Source: an uncultured virus (IMG/VR IMGVR_UViG_3300042315_000659)
Lineage: Duplodnaviria; Heunggongvirae; Uroviricota; Caudoviricetes
Virus record (IMG/VR): IMGVR_UViG_3300042315_000659
Reading direction: 5' to 3' (one strand)
Length of the DNA stretch: 64,000 nt
How positions within the stretch are numbered: position 1 is the stretch's first letter; each line of letters starts with the position of its first letter. The notes below the pieces were generated by a model. It was given only the letters and a program-made list of their open reading frames with translations, was not told the origin of the DNA and did no database searches. Below, one piece after another: positions 29,088 through 38,841 of the stretch. A program made the position numbers and the translations under genes.

Positions 29088-29484
29088 TGCTGTTATCATC
29101 CTCTATAAAAATTTTGTTTAGAATTGGTTTATCGCTAATTGTTAACTTTAATTCGTCTTTCGTCCATTTCGTGAATATTGAATCGTATCCATAGATATAT
29201 TTTAAATTATCGTCGACAATAACTCCTGTCTTTTTCAGTGCGTCATTAACGTATTTTGCGCTACCACAAACATTATCAGGGTCACGCCCAAAGTTTTTAA
29301 TTCGCCATTCGTAAAGCATCCATACTTTGTCAGGAAAACATGGAATTTTTTGTTCTATAATAAGTTTTTGTATATCAAAGTCCCATTCTTTTTTAGTAGT
29401 TGCGCTTTTAAATTTATTTGCACGAGCGTATCTTATTTGTTCATTAAGAGTCGGCGGAAGTGGACAGATAAAAATCGCTTTCAT
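29074..29484 (-). CDS. RusA-like Holliday junction resolvase
   Basis: PPTLN, RDPDN...KYVNDAL...GVIVDDN. Confidence 0.8.
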   Translation of the reverse strand: MKAIFICPLPPTLNEQIRYARANKFKSATTKKEWDFDIQKLIIEQKIPCFPDKVWMLYEWRIKNFGRDPDNVCGSAKYVNDALKKTGVIVDDNLKYIYGYDSIFTKWTKDELKLTISDKPILNKIFIEDDNSNVIS

Positions 29485-30152
29485 AATTTTATTGGGCGAT
29501 ACTTTTTAAATATCATTAGCAAATCATCAGGAATTGTACCAAGTTGACCAGTGCCATAATTGATTTTTACCTCTTCAAAAGGTAACTCAACTGACGAAAC
29601 ACCCTTAAAAGAACCCGTATTGCATACCCAATCTAAAACACGACCAAAAGCCGCTTTTATCTCTCTTGTTTGTCGGGTATCTTGGGTAAAATCAATGCCA
29701 CTGGAATACTCTACATCAGCCTCAGAAAACTCAGGATATGGTTCCCGACTGTAGCCACGATAGCCGCCATATCCCCACGATCTACCAATTGCTGTAGATA
29801 AGTGAATTTGCCCGTCTATATCGATTATGTAGTCGTTAGAACCTAAAGTCCGCCAACTATCAGGAGCGATAGCCCGATTAAATCCATCGGTAATATTGCC
29901 TAGTCTAGCTTTAATTATCGGAGCAGGATTGCTGATAATTGGAGTATTTATACTGACATAAGTTAATCTAAAATTTTGGAATTTTAGATTAACTCTTAGT
30001 CTTTCCCGGTGACGGGTAATCTCTAAGGGTCGATCTGCCCCTCTATCGCCTTCAATGATTGATTGAACAAAGTAAATCGCACCAGTGACGGCATCTTCTG
30101 ATAAAGATACTGATGGTGCGAAAATAGAGAGGTCATCAATGCTAAAAATCAT
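29481..30152 (-). CDS. Head-tail adaptor protein (putative)
   Basis: Downstream of the capsid gene; VEYSSG and terminal IFKKYR pattern. Confidence 0.6.
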   Translation of the reverse strand: MIFSIDDLSIFAPSVSLSEDAVTGAIYFVQSIIEGDRGADRPLEITRHRERLRVNLKFQNFRLTYVSINTPIISNPAPIIKARLGNITDGFNRAIAPDSWRTLGSNDYIIDIDGQIHLSTAIGRSWGYGGYRGYSREPYPEFSEADVEYSSGIDFTQDTRQTREIKAAFGRVLDWVCNTGSFKGVSSVELPFEEVKINYGTGQLGTIPDDLLMIFKKYRPIKL

Positions 30153-30376
30153 TAGGAAATTTTGCTCAATAGAGGACAACTGGTGTCTTTGACTGGACAA
30201 AATGGACGATGATCGAGATCAGTTCTGAGTTGACCTTTACACCGGTTACAGACTGGATAACCTAGCGCTTTCAGATTGTTATAAGTAACTTCATTGGTTC
30301 CATTTGTCAGGGGAAGGTTTTTAGTTCCACCTGTCACAGTGGGTAAAGTTTCTTCGAGGGTTTCTTTGCTTGCCAT
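30152..30376 (-). CDS. Small Cys-containing protein
   Basis: CNRC...CP...C. Confidence 0.55.
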   Translation of the reverse strand: MASKETLEETLPTVTGGTKNLPLTNGTNEVTYNNLKALGYPVCNRCKGQLRTDLDHRPFCPVKDTSCPLLSKIS

Positions 30377-30396
30377 AATTGTTAGAAAGATAAAGT

Positions 30397-32280
30397 TTAT
30401 ACCGCTACATCTAGGGTGCGTAATTCAGCTACTCGTAACTGCTGAGAGGCTTCCCCAGTACCTACGGGATCAACGTCAAGAGTTTTGTAGCCGAGCCACG
30501 CTAACCAAGTTGCGCGAATCCGACGATCAAATTGAGTGACATTATCAAAAGTGATTTGAAACGGCATCCCTACACCAACACCTAACGCACCGGCTCCAAT
30601 TAAATAACCAGTACGGGTAGTTCTAGCACCTAAAGAACCGCCCAATGTTTCACTTTGAACACCGGGTTGACCAGCCGCTCCGACACCGACACTATTGCCA
30701 GTTTCAAAAATATGGAATTTTTCTACCAACCCTAAATACGAGTTAACCCTTCCAGTATCCCCAGGGGGAATATAGGATGGATTGAGAATATTTAGTAAAG
30801 CGTCAAGATCGCGAGTCGTATTTGCTTGCCAATCGTCATCATAACTCTCTTTTAATTGCAGAATTTGAGTCGAATTTAGGAATAACAAATACGTCTGGTC
30901 AGGGTACATCTGGAACCTGTTATCGTGGGCGTATTGATATAATCGCCGCAAGAATCCTTTGGTAAAAGTTCCATCATCTCCTGTTGCCGATAGTCCAGTG
31001 GGGGAAGTAACGAGACTGCCTTTTTTATTATACAAATGCAGTGACGTGCTATCAAGCATAGTTTTGATCATGGTATTATCAAAACTTGCATAGTCGTAAT
31101 ACAGCGTATTTTGCATCCAATCAATCATCCCCATCGCACTAAAATATTCAGTGAAAGTTGGGATAGAAACAGGTCGGATTGCAGTAGAAGCACCTACTTT
31201 ACCGCGCCCATATTCAAAGATTTCTGCCGATACGCTAGACGCACTATTATTATCTGATTCAGAAGTCAGATCAGCATACTCACCCTTTCCTGATAGTTGA
31301 TAATCGCTTACCGACGGGGAACTTGTTAGGTAATTTAATCGAGGAATTCGGATAACAGTTCCATTACGAGCCGTAAAGTCTAAGGCATAATTAGGAATCT
31401 GCCAAAAGGCAAACCCAGGGATTTGAGTTTGACGGAGAATTGCTGACAAAGTGTCGAGAAAAAATGGGGGAAGATCAGCCGCAGTCGTTGGGGCATTTTT
31501 TGAAACTTGACCGCCCATTACAGGAGCCGAACGAGTCCCTCTGAACCAGCCTTGTTTGCGACCCCAATCATCTAAAGAGTTGACAATCTGTTGCCGGTTA
31601 TTTTTAACATGGCGATCTAATCGTACTTTATCGTACAGGTTTACTGTCTGATTACCGCCCATTACAGGAGCCGAATAGATTACACCAGAATTTTTCTGAA
31701 TGTCTTCAATCAAATCAAAGGTTTCGTCAAGCGCACCTGTAATTTTATCAGCATCATGAGCGACGGTTTTGTTGAAGTTAGGGAACTGCATTTTTTCTGG
31801 TGTTTGGCTACCGTAAAGCTTTCCTACGTCAGCAAAATTATTAATCGTCTTTTCCGACTCAGTGACTTTAGTTTCTAGTTGAGCGATTTTTTCATTAGAT
31901 TTTTGGATAGCTTCCGAAGCAGAATTGAGAGAAGCTTCTAGAGTAGCTTTTGCAGTCTCAAACTGTTGCTTTTGGGCTTCTAATGCAGATTGTTTTTCCA
32001 ATTCCATCGCTTGTTTTACCGACTCAACGGTTGCCGTCACGGTATTTTGTACAAGCTCTTCAAGCATTTTGGGGTCAAAAGCTGGCGCAGGAGCAGTAGT
32101 AGCGGGTTTGGGGTCGGAATTTTTAACTGGTACACCACCCTCAGAAGACTTTAAATCACCCCGAAAAGTGGCTTTTTGAGTCAGGGTGTAGATTTCTTCT
32201 TGAGAAGGAGCATCACTTCCTTCTGCTGAATCTTTGATAACTACGGGAGTAACCCGTTTGATTTCTTTTAGGGTATTCAT
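30397..32280 (-). CDS. Major capsid protein with N-terminal scaffold-like coiled coil (putative)
   Basis: Lies after the protease; ~200-aa coiled-coil N-terminus, then GTVIRIPR and RIRATWLAWLGY; start reassigned to ATG 32280. Confidence 0.72.
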   Translation of the reverse strand: MNTLKEIKRVTPVVIKDSAEGSDAPSQEEIYTLTQKATFRGDLKSSEGGVPVKNSDPKPATTAPAPAFDPKMLEELVQNTVTATVESVKQAMELEKQSALEAQKQQFETAKATLEASLNSASEAIQKSNEKIAQLETKVTESEKTINNFADVGKLYGSQTPEKMQFPNFNKTVAHDADKITGALDETFDLIEDIQKNSGVIYSAPVMGGNQTVNLYDKVRLDRHVKNNRQQIVNSLDDWGRKQGWFRGTRSAPVMGGQVSKNAPTTAADLPPFFLDTLSAILRQTQIPGFAFWQIPNYALDFTARNGTVIRIPRLNYLTSSPSVSDYQLSGKGEYADLTSESDNNSASSVSAEIFEYGRGKVGASTAIRPVSIPTFTEYFSAMGMIDWMQNTLYYDYASFDNTMIKTMLDSTSLHLYNKKGSLVTSPTGLSATGDDGTFTKGFLRRLYQYAHDNRFQMYPDQTYLLFLNSTQILQLKESYDDDWQANTTRDLDALLNILNPSYIPPGDTGRVNSYLGLVEKFHIFETGNSVGVGAAGQPGVQSETLGGSLGARTTRTGYLIGAGALGVGVGMPFQITFDNVTQFDRRIRATWLAWLGYKTLDVDPVGTGEASQQLRVAELRTLDVAV

Positions 32281-32335
32281 TACTGATTGCTGATCACTAA
32301 CTATTAGATATAATTGTACTACAGAACTTTCTGTT

Positions 32336-33055
32336 TTAGGTAAAAACAAAAGTATTGAGACGGGAATCTATTAATCTTGCTTGGCGACAACTGCCACTGG
32401 CAACAAAACTGCATTCGATAGAATCCATTTTTCCGGAACGGCGATAGTAAGGGGTTAGGGTTTCTTCATCTACTAGCCCTGCCATATACGGGGGGTAGTG
32501 AGGACATTTAGGATCACTGTAAGGAATATCGCAGATAGGACAAATCGACTCGCCATAAAAAATTCCCCCCATTGAAACATCGGCTTTTCTGCCATAGGAA
32601 ATTTCTGAAATAATCGGGTGAGCCGCTTCTACAAAACCGAAAACCAAGACCTGATGATAGCCGTCTTTTTGAATTATTCGATAATCTTCGTTTGGATTAG
32701 GAGATTTTTCGAGGATTCGTGCTATCCCTTCTTTGCTTACACGAGGCAAGGAATAAATAAAAGAATCATAGATCATCCCAAAAGTTTTGGTCTGATCTTT
32801 CCATTCATGATCGATCATCAAAGCGCATCCAGGGTAACTAGCTACCATAGTTTCTAAAACATTTTTATCCCATACCTGGCCAGAACTGTGAATTAAGTTA
32901 TTTGAGGCAATTAAAGCAAATCGCATCAGTTCCGATGGTTCCCACGGATCGAGTCCGTAGGGCTTGAATTGATTGATTAACGACATCTCCTCGTCGGTAG
33001 GATGACGGATCTGTAGCAATATCTCTAATTCAGCGCGGGTTAGTTTTAGTTCCAT
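32336..33055 (-). CDS. Prohead maturation protease (putative)
   Basis: LMIDHEW, DVSMG, CPIC...CPH, ECSFV. Confidence 0.65.
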   Translation of the reverse strand: MELKLTRAELEILLQIRHPTDEEMSLINQFKPYGLDPWEPSELMRFALIASNNLIHSSGQVWDKNVLETMVASYPGCALMIDHEWKDQTKTFGMIYDSFIYSLPRVSKEGIARILEKSPNPNEDYRIIQKDGYHQVLVFGFVEAAHPIISEISYGRKADVSMGGIFYGESICPICDIPYSDPKCPHYPPYMAGLVDEETLTPYYRRSGKMDSIECSFVASGSCRQARLIDSRLNTFVFT

Positions 33056-33096
33056 GTCAATAAAAAATACTTATATAAATAATTCTATCTAAAGGC

Positions 33097-33125
33097 TTGA
33101 CGTTTGTGGTTGGTTGATCTATATT
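33097..33125 (+). promoter_or_regulatory. Sigma70-type promoter TTGACG-17-TATATT
   Basis: Read directly; followed ~90 nt later by an intrinsic terminator. Confidence 0.55.
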
Positions 33126-33212
33126 AATAGTGTCGTCTCCAACCGAAACCTATAAATATAAAATTTCAATACAAAATATTTGTCTCCATAGAAAGTGTAT
33201 AGCTGAGGAAAC

Positions 33213-33240
33213 AACGCAGGATTGATACCCTGCGTTTTTT
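33213..33240 (+). terminator. Intrinsic terminator
   Basis: AACGCAGG-N8-CCTGCGTT plus T run. Confidence 0.6.
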
Positions 33241-33883
33241 ATTTCGTCCAGCCAAAGTTTAACGAGAGCATATTCTGGGTAGGTCGTGTCCTAGAGTTAG
33301 AAAAAACAAAGTAACAACCGCAATTAGCCCGACAAGTACATTTTTCAGTCGGTCGGGGGAGCGTTCCAATAGGCTGCCAACCGGCACTTTCATAAAAAAG
33401 ACACTCTTGGCAAGATTCTTTTTTGGTAATTATTCTCTTTTCCCACTTGTTGACTAGAGCGTGTCCTCTCCGGCTTCCCTCCTCAAAAGCTTCTCTAGAC
33501 TTGGCAACGTACTGTTTAGAGCGGTTGATTATTTGAGCCTCTGATTGAGTACCAAGAATAATATCACGGCAAAACTTTCTTAATCGTGCGTATTGTGTTC
33601 TAAGCATCTGACCAATTCTGCCATAGTCAGAAGCGTTCATGTCAGGCTTGCCAACTCGATAAAGCTGAATAGTTAGGTTTTTAATCTCAAAAGACATTTT
33701 CTCTTCCCACTCACTAACAGTTATTTTTTTCTCTAAAAGGTCACGGGTAAGTTTATCTGTTTTTTGAGTACGGGCATTAATAGTTTGTTGGGAGATTTGT
33801 CTAACTTTTTCAGTAGAGACAAATCTCCCCGTTCTATTGTCTCGATAGCGCCGAGTACCAGGGTTAAAAGAAAAATCACTCAT
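33239..33883 (-). CDS. Head morphogenesis / minor capsid protein (gpF-like)
   Basis: C-terminal CQEC...P.P...CRANCGC. Confidence 0.65.
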   Translation of the reverse strand: MSDFSFNPGTRRYRDNRTGRFVSTEKVRQISQQTINARTQKTDKLTRDLLEKKITVSEWEEKMSFEIKNLTIQLYRVGKPDMNASDYGRIGQMLRTQYARLRKFCRDIILGTQSEAQIINRSKQYVAKSREAFEEGSRRGHALVNKWEKRIITKKESCQECLFYESAGWQPIGTLPRPTEKCTCRANCGCYFVFSNSRTRPTQNMLSLNFGWTK

Positions 33884-34046
33884 AACTTATTTCAGGTTCT
33901 AATAGGTTTTTAAATTCATCATCCGGAGGTTTCTTTTTCCAGTCATTGATAGCTTTTTGAATGTCATCGGCTGTTACTTCGGCTCTCTCTAGTAATCGAC
34001 CAATTGGCTGTAGGTTTTTATCTTCTGGGTTGAATTTATCTGTCAT
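33876..34046 (-). CDS. Small hypothetical protein (56 aa)
   Basis: Manual translation MTDKFNPEDKNLQPIGRLLERAEVTADDIQKAINDW...; GGAG RBS. Confidence 0.55.
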   Translation of the reverse strand: MTDKFNPEDKNLQPIGRLLERAEVTADDIQKAINDWKKKPPDDEFKNLLEPEISYE

Positions 34047-34047
34047 A

Positions 34048-34272
34048 TTATTTGTCTCCTAATCCGTCATAAACTAATTCTTGGGTTTTTTCTGATTTAT
34101 TGAGTTTAGCTTTTAGGTTACGGTTTTTAATTTCTAACATTTTTACCTTTAATTTTAATGTTTCATAATCAAACATCAGGTTATCGTATGAGTTGGTTAA
34201 TTCGGCGTATTCGGCTCTCAAGTCTTCTATACTCAAATCTTCGATAATAGCGTCAAAGTTATTGTTATTCAT
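34048..34272 (-). CDS. Coiled-coil hypothetical protein
   Basis: 74-aa ORF. Confidence 0.55.
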   Translation of the reverse strand: MNNNNFDAIIEDLSIEDLRAEYAELTNSYDNLMFDYETLKLKVKMLEIKNRNLKAKLNKSEKTQELVYDGLGDK

Positions 34273-34530
34273 GAATTTTCTCTTTAAATTAAATAATAAC
34301 TCTTGACCGTCAAGAGTTATTTCTTGTCAGTTCCCTAATCCACTTACGCTTCTGTTTCTGCTTTGTTAAGTTCGCCGATCTAAGCTTTTAGCTTAGACAC
34401 CTCATCTTTTAAAGCTTCAATAACTTCCAGTTCAGTCATGTTAACGACCTGACCATCATTAGAATCGGAAACAACATAAGCTTTTAGATTTGTCATAATT
34501 ATCTCTTGGTTTTACTGTATTTTATCAAAT

Positions 34531-35889
34531 TTAAAACAGTTTTAACTGTAATGGAGAATTATCTACTGGTTCTTCTATCGGTTCATCTGGAATAGGTTCT
34601 ATAGGTTGGTCTAGCCTGTTACAAGCTATCTGATAATATTCTAACTCTTTCTCGATACAGATATAATTTCTACCTAATTCTTTGCAAGCTAAAGCGGTAG
34701 TGCCAGAACCACAAAAAGGGTCTAAGACTGTCCCACCCGGAGGTAATCCTAATGTGATCAGGTATTTCATTAATGCTAGTGGTTTCACCGTAGGATGAGT
34801 ATTACCTTCACCGCGTTCGGATTTACTAGCTTTAGCGCAATAGAAAAAGCGGGCAGCAGAGCCTTCGCTAGATAGAAAATACCCTGTTTTTTGAGTCAAC
34901 CCACGCTTAAAATCTACTACTGTTTTGTCACGCTTTATAACGTGAGGTTTAACCTTGCCTGACTTCTGATAAGGAAACAACCCCACCACCTCCTCGCTGC
35001 CGTCGTGGATGAAGTTGGCAGGCCAGCGGCCGGTGAGCGCATCGCCGGTCCTGGTTCCGCGTTCCATACCATAGCTGCCATAAACCTTGTTCTCGCCGCC
35101 ATAAGGGCGCTCAAGTCCGTCATTCGTCCCCACCCGACACCCATCGATATTAATCCCCCCAGTTCCCCACTGTAGGACATTCTCCGCGACCGTTCCGGTG
35201 AGAGGTTTACGAGCCACAATGATCGGTTCAAAGGCTGGCTTTAGAGCAGTCCCCCAGCCTTCCCATTGTTTTGCTTCGGGTGTGGCGGCGACGCTACTCA
35301 TGTATTCCCCGCCGGCAAAATCACCTGCCATGTTGTTACGAGTGCTTCCGCTTTTTCCCGCAACGCCAACAACCTCCCGATTTGCTCCGCGTACTTTTCC
35401 TGTACTGTTACACACATTACAGATAGATAAATCTTGCAATCGTTCCCACTCTTTGCGTGTCCCACCATAGTCTTGAGTTTTTTTAATCCACTCTTCCCAT
35501 GACTCAAGTTCAGTGTTTTTACTAATACCATTACACGCAGGACATTCAACTACTGCAATTTTATCAATCGCCTTGCTCACATCCAGCGATTTCGGGAACC
35601 CCGACCCATAGACCCACATAATGGTATCTCTGATTTCCCAACCAGCGTCCTCGATCGCTACTGCCAATCGGTGAAAAGTACGAGTCCCACCAAAAGCAAA
35701 TAGGTGCGCTCCTGGTTTAGCGACTCGTAAAGCTTCAATCCAAAACTGTACACCGGGTACACCATGATCCCAATCTTTACCCATGAACGAAAGTCCATAG
35801 GGAGGATCGGTAAGGATTAAATCAATGGAATTATCAGGAATATTTTTTAAAACATCAAAACAATCACCGTGAATAATTTGATTAATCAT
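34531..35889 (-). CDS. N4-cytosine/N6-adenine DNA methyltransferase (beta-class motif order)
   Basis: TDPPY, HPTVKP, LDPFCGSGTT. Confidence 0.92.
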   Translation of the reverse strand: MINQIIHGDCFDVLKNIPDNSIDLILTDPPYGLSFMGKDWDHGVPGVQFWIEALRVAKPGAHLFAFGGTRTFHRLAVAIEDAGWEIRDTIMWVYGSGFPKSLDVSKAIDKIAVVECPACNGISKNTELESWEEWIKKTQDYGGTRKEWERLQDLSICNVCNSTGKVRGANREVVGVAGKSGSTRNNMAGDFAGGEYMSSVAATPEAKQWEGWGTALKPAFEPIIVARKPLTGTVAENVLQWGTGGINIDGCRVGTNDGLERPYGGENKVYGSYGMERGTRTGDALTGRWPANFIHDGSEEVVGLFPYQKSGKVKPHVIKRDKTVVDFKRGLTQKTGYFLSSEGSAARFFYCAKASKSERGEGNTHPTVKPLALMKYLITLGLPPGGTVLDPFCGSGTTALACKELGRNYICIEKELEYYQIACNRLDQPIEPIPDEPIEEPVDNSPLQLKLF

Positions 35890-37165
35890 TTTGATTTATA
35901 TTTATTTTTTTAACAGGTTGTTTATTAGTTTCTTCATCGGTTAAATCAGAGTCAGTGTCTTCAACTTCTCCCCCAGACATACCATCAATAGATTCACTCC
36001 ATTCTGGCCACAGTATCCGATATTTATTTCTAGCATTTTCGGCATAAAAATCTAATCCTTTTCTGAGAATGATTTCTGTGTCAATTACCTGTTTGATAGC
36101 ACCGCTAAGAAGCTGACACCATCCGTATCTCATCCTAGAATAGCGACGATCAGGCGACCGGGATAACTCTTTAGTTCCCCCTTTTGATTCTAATCCTGGG
36201 AAGAAATAGGTCGGAAATCCAGGGATAATTAGCTTGTACCGGCATTGCAAAAGAGTATCAATTAGCCCTGTTAAATCAGGGTTAAAATTAGCCATTTTAC
36301 GAATATCTTGCCCAGGATAGCTGAGAATATGGTCGGATATTATTCCGCTTTTTCTACGGATTTCTAATTCTCGCTCATAAATTCTTTCTTGCTCGGTAGA
36401 AATACCTGGCATAATATGAAGAGTCGGGGAAACTCCTAAGTCATTGGATGCCCTAATCAAATTATCGAAAGCTTGTTTAACATCAGCCCAAGCATCTAAA
36501 GAAGCTAACCAAAGAGAGCGACCATAAAGAAAATCAGGCTCATGGCGAATATGACAGATTTTATAGGGTTCAAAAAAATAATCAGGATCAGATTCCGAAA
36601 CGTATTTCCTTTGCTCAAACCCAATTAGTTCCCCTTGATCTGTTTCTTTTCTAAACATCTCAAAGGTAGGTAAATAAAGAGTCTTTGCTACACCAAAATC
36701 TTTAGACTTGTTGGCAGATAACCCTTCTCGTTCAATGCCCAACTCTAGAAAACATTCTCCTTTCCCTAATGCCCATCTTAGGGCTTTCTTGAGTCTATCC
36801 CCACCAATCATGTAGGTTGAAAAATTCTGCTTTCTTAACCTAATATCTTCTGCAATGGCAAACACTTCTGAGTTAACAGGAGTTTCTTCATCATCAAGGT
36901 TTTTTGCTACTATCCATCCCTGATCGTCTCCATCGTCAGATGCAAAGGTATCAGAAGCGGCCATATCAAGGGCGTGGACGACTTCATAGCACCATTGATT
37001 AAGTTCGATTAATTCTCTTGATATTCTCGGATCACGGATAGGATTTTCCGTAATCTCCAAATCGTACCGACGTGATACCGACACGATCCCCGGTGAAGTA
37101 AGGGATCGCTGAGAGCCTCTTAATTTGTCATCCTTTTTCTTCTTTTTTGCCATTAGAACTGCCAT
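35882..37165 (-). CDS. Portal protein
   Basis: GECFLEL, ICHIR...YGRSL; size and position upstream of the head genes. Confidence 0.8.
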   Translation of the reverse strand: MAVLMAKKKKKDDKLRGSQRSLTSPGIVSVSRRYDLEITENPIRDPRISRELIELNQWCYEVVHALDMAASDTFASDDGDDQGWIVAKNLDDEETPVNSEVFAIAEDIRLRKQNFSTYMIGGDRLKKALRWALGKGECFLELGIEREGLSANKSKDFGVAKTLYLPTFEMFRKETDQGELIGFEQRKYVSESDPDYFFEPYKICHIRHEPDFLYGRSLWLASLDAWADVKQAFDNLIRASNDLGVSPTLHIMPGISTEQERIYERELEIRRKSGIISDHILSYPGQDIRKMANFNPDLTGLIDTLLQCRYKLIIPGFPTYFFPGLESKGGTKELSRSPDRRYSRMRYGWCQLLSGAIKQVIDTEIILRKGLDFYAENARNKYRILWPEWSESIDGMSGGEVEDTDSDLTDEETNKQPVKKININQND

Positions 37166-37186
37166 GTACTATTTCTATGATATAAG

Positions 37187-37217
37187 AAAACAGACCATTT
37201 TGTTAATGGTCTGTTTT
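37187..37217. terminator. Bidirectional terminator-like hairpin
   Basis: AAAACAGACCATT-N5-AATGGTCTGTTTT. Confidence 0.55.
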
Positions 37218-37243
37218 AAATCACCCAAGGAGAAATCTAAATA

Positions 37244-37510
37244 TTAAAAATATCTATCAAATGTTCCATCGCTCCGCAAAACTCTTCTTTCGTCAATGTC
37301 ATCACTAGAAAAAAATAAATCAGTAGTTAACGCGTTCATTAAAGCCTTAGCCGCAACATTGGATATTGCAATCCCCACTTGTGAAGTCGCATCGACTATG
37401 TAATTATCTTCAATAGAGCAATGGGTGCTTGTAATAATATCGTAACAGTTAATAAATGCCGGATGACCTTCTACTGTTTCTAGTATTAACGGACGAAATT
37501 CTTTTCTCAT
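37244..37510 (-). CDS. Hypothetical protein
   Basis: 88-aa ORF. Confidence 0.5.
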   Translation of the reverse strand: MRKEFRPLILETVEGHPAFINCYDIITSTHCSIEDNYIVDATSQVGIAISNVAAKALMNALTTDLFFSSDDIDERRVLRSDGTFDRYF

Positions 37511-37535
37511 GACAACCTTTAGTTTTAACTAAATA

Positions 37536-38324
37536 TTACAGGTTACTTTTTGAATTGTCAATATCTTGGATAAACTTTAAAGCCCTCTCATAATATCGTT
37601 TTCTTTCGGCTAGTCCATTTGTACCACCGTTGACACGACGGGTAATTTGTTCAACGGTTGCCCCACGGTCACACAACTCATTCATTTTGTTATTCATCCA
37701 CCAAAATCCAGATGGTAAAAACAAATATCTTTCGCCAACATATTGCCACCCTTCCATAACACGCTGATCGCCTATATAGTTAGCAAATGCCTGATAATTG
37801 GCTCTGCCAGTCATCTGAAGGGCATCTACACCTCTGAACTTTTTGCCGTCACCAGGTCTGGTATTCCCTAAGTCTTTTCGTCCTTCATAATTTGAGCCGT
37901 CGTGGATTTCTACCATGTACCGTAATCCTGCTGATTCATGGGCTATTTGGCTTAAAAAATGTCGAACTCTTTGTACTGTGGTAATGTCAAATCTCTTAAG
38001 GCACTCATCTAATTTTTGAAACTGAAAATCAGTAATTTTATCGTTAAGCCTGTCAAACACACCCTCAACTTGATCCTTGGGGACTACAGGGGGATTGGGA
38101 TCGTTAAAGTGACCAACAAAAGCGTACCAATTAAATTTACCCTCAATCGGGGGCTTTATTTCTAGCAAATAGTGATTTTTTTCTCTTTTGAGAATCTGAC
38201 TATAAATTACTCTTTGTCCAGCTTTGATTGGGATTGCCCGAAAGTCTTGAGGAAGACTTTCGGAGTTAGAATCCATTAAGTACGATTTTAAAATAGTGTT
38301 GCGATTTGCTGTTAAAAATTTCAT
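37536..38324 (-). CDS. Endolysin, glycoside hydrolase family 19
   Basis: HFLSQIAHESAG, YEGRKDLGN, QMTGRANY, TRRVNGGTNGL. Confidence 0.9.
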   Translation of the reverse strand: MKFLTANRNTILKSYLMDSNSESLPQDFRAIPIKAGQRVIYSQILKREKNHYLLEIKPPIEGKFNWYAFVGHFNDPNPPVVPKDQVEGVFDRLNDKITDFQFQKLDECLKRFDITTVQRVRHFLSQIAHESAGLRYMVEIHDGSNYEGRKDLGNTRPGDGKKFRGVDALQMTGRANYQAFANYIGDQRVMEGWQYVGERYLFLPSGFWWMNNKMNELCDRGATVEQITRRVNGGTNGLAERKRYYERALKFIQDIDNSKSNL

Positions 38325-38355
38325 GGCAATTTAGTTAGTAAAGTTGACAATTCTG

Positions 38356-38760
38356 TTAAGATTTATGTTCAAGTATTCCGATTCGTATATCAAGTTCTTC
38401 CTGTTTTTTGCGAAGTCCTTCTATTTGAGTAGAAATAGAAGAGAAAGTTTCTTGTTTGGCTTTAATAAGACTTATCTCTTTGTCAAGTTGCGCTGTTAAT
38501 ATAGTCAGTTTTTCTATTCCTGTTGATAGTCTTTCAACCATTTTCTCTAGCTTTTGCTCAAGAGACTCCATCTTCCTTGATGTTTTCTCAAAGGTTTCGT
38601 GGTCAAGTTCTTTAGCCTGTGATTTGGTATTTCTTGAAAACATACTAAGTAATGCTATTGCGATAGCAACGACAGTCCCAAGATCGTTAAAATTTATTTT
38701 TAAATCGTGATTCTCGACATAGGGGGGACGGCTTTGGTTGGCAACAGAAATATAATACAT
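38356..38760 (-). CDS. TM plus coiled-coil protein (possible lysis accessory)
   Basis: One TM segment then a long coiled coil, next to the endolysin. Confidence 0.5.
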   Translation of the reverse strand: MYYISVANQSRPPYVENHDLKINFNDLGTVVAIAIALLSMFSRNTKSQAKELDHETFEKTSRKMESLEQKLEKMVERLSTGIEKLTILTAQLDKEISLIKAKQETFSSISTQIEGLRKKQEELDIRIGILEHKS

Positions 38761-38841
38761 GGCAAAAGGGAAACATCAATAAAACTATTCTAGAGTTTTT
38801 TACTGTCATTCATGAATTGAAATTAATTTTTTTAGAAACAC

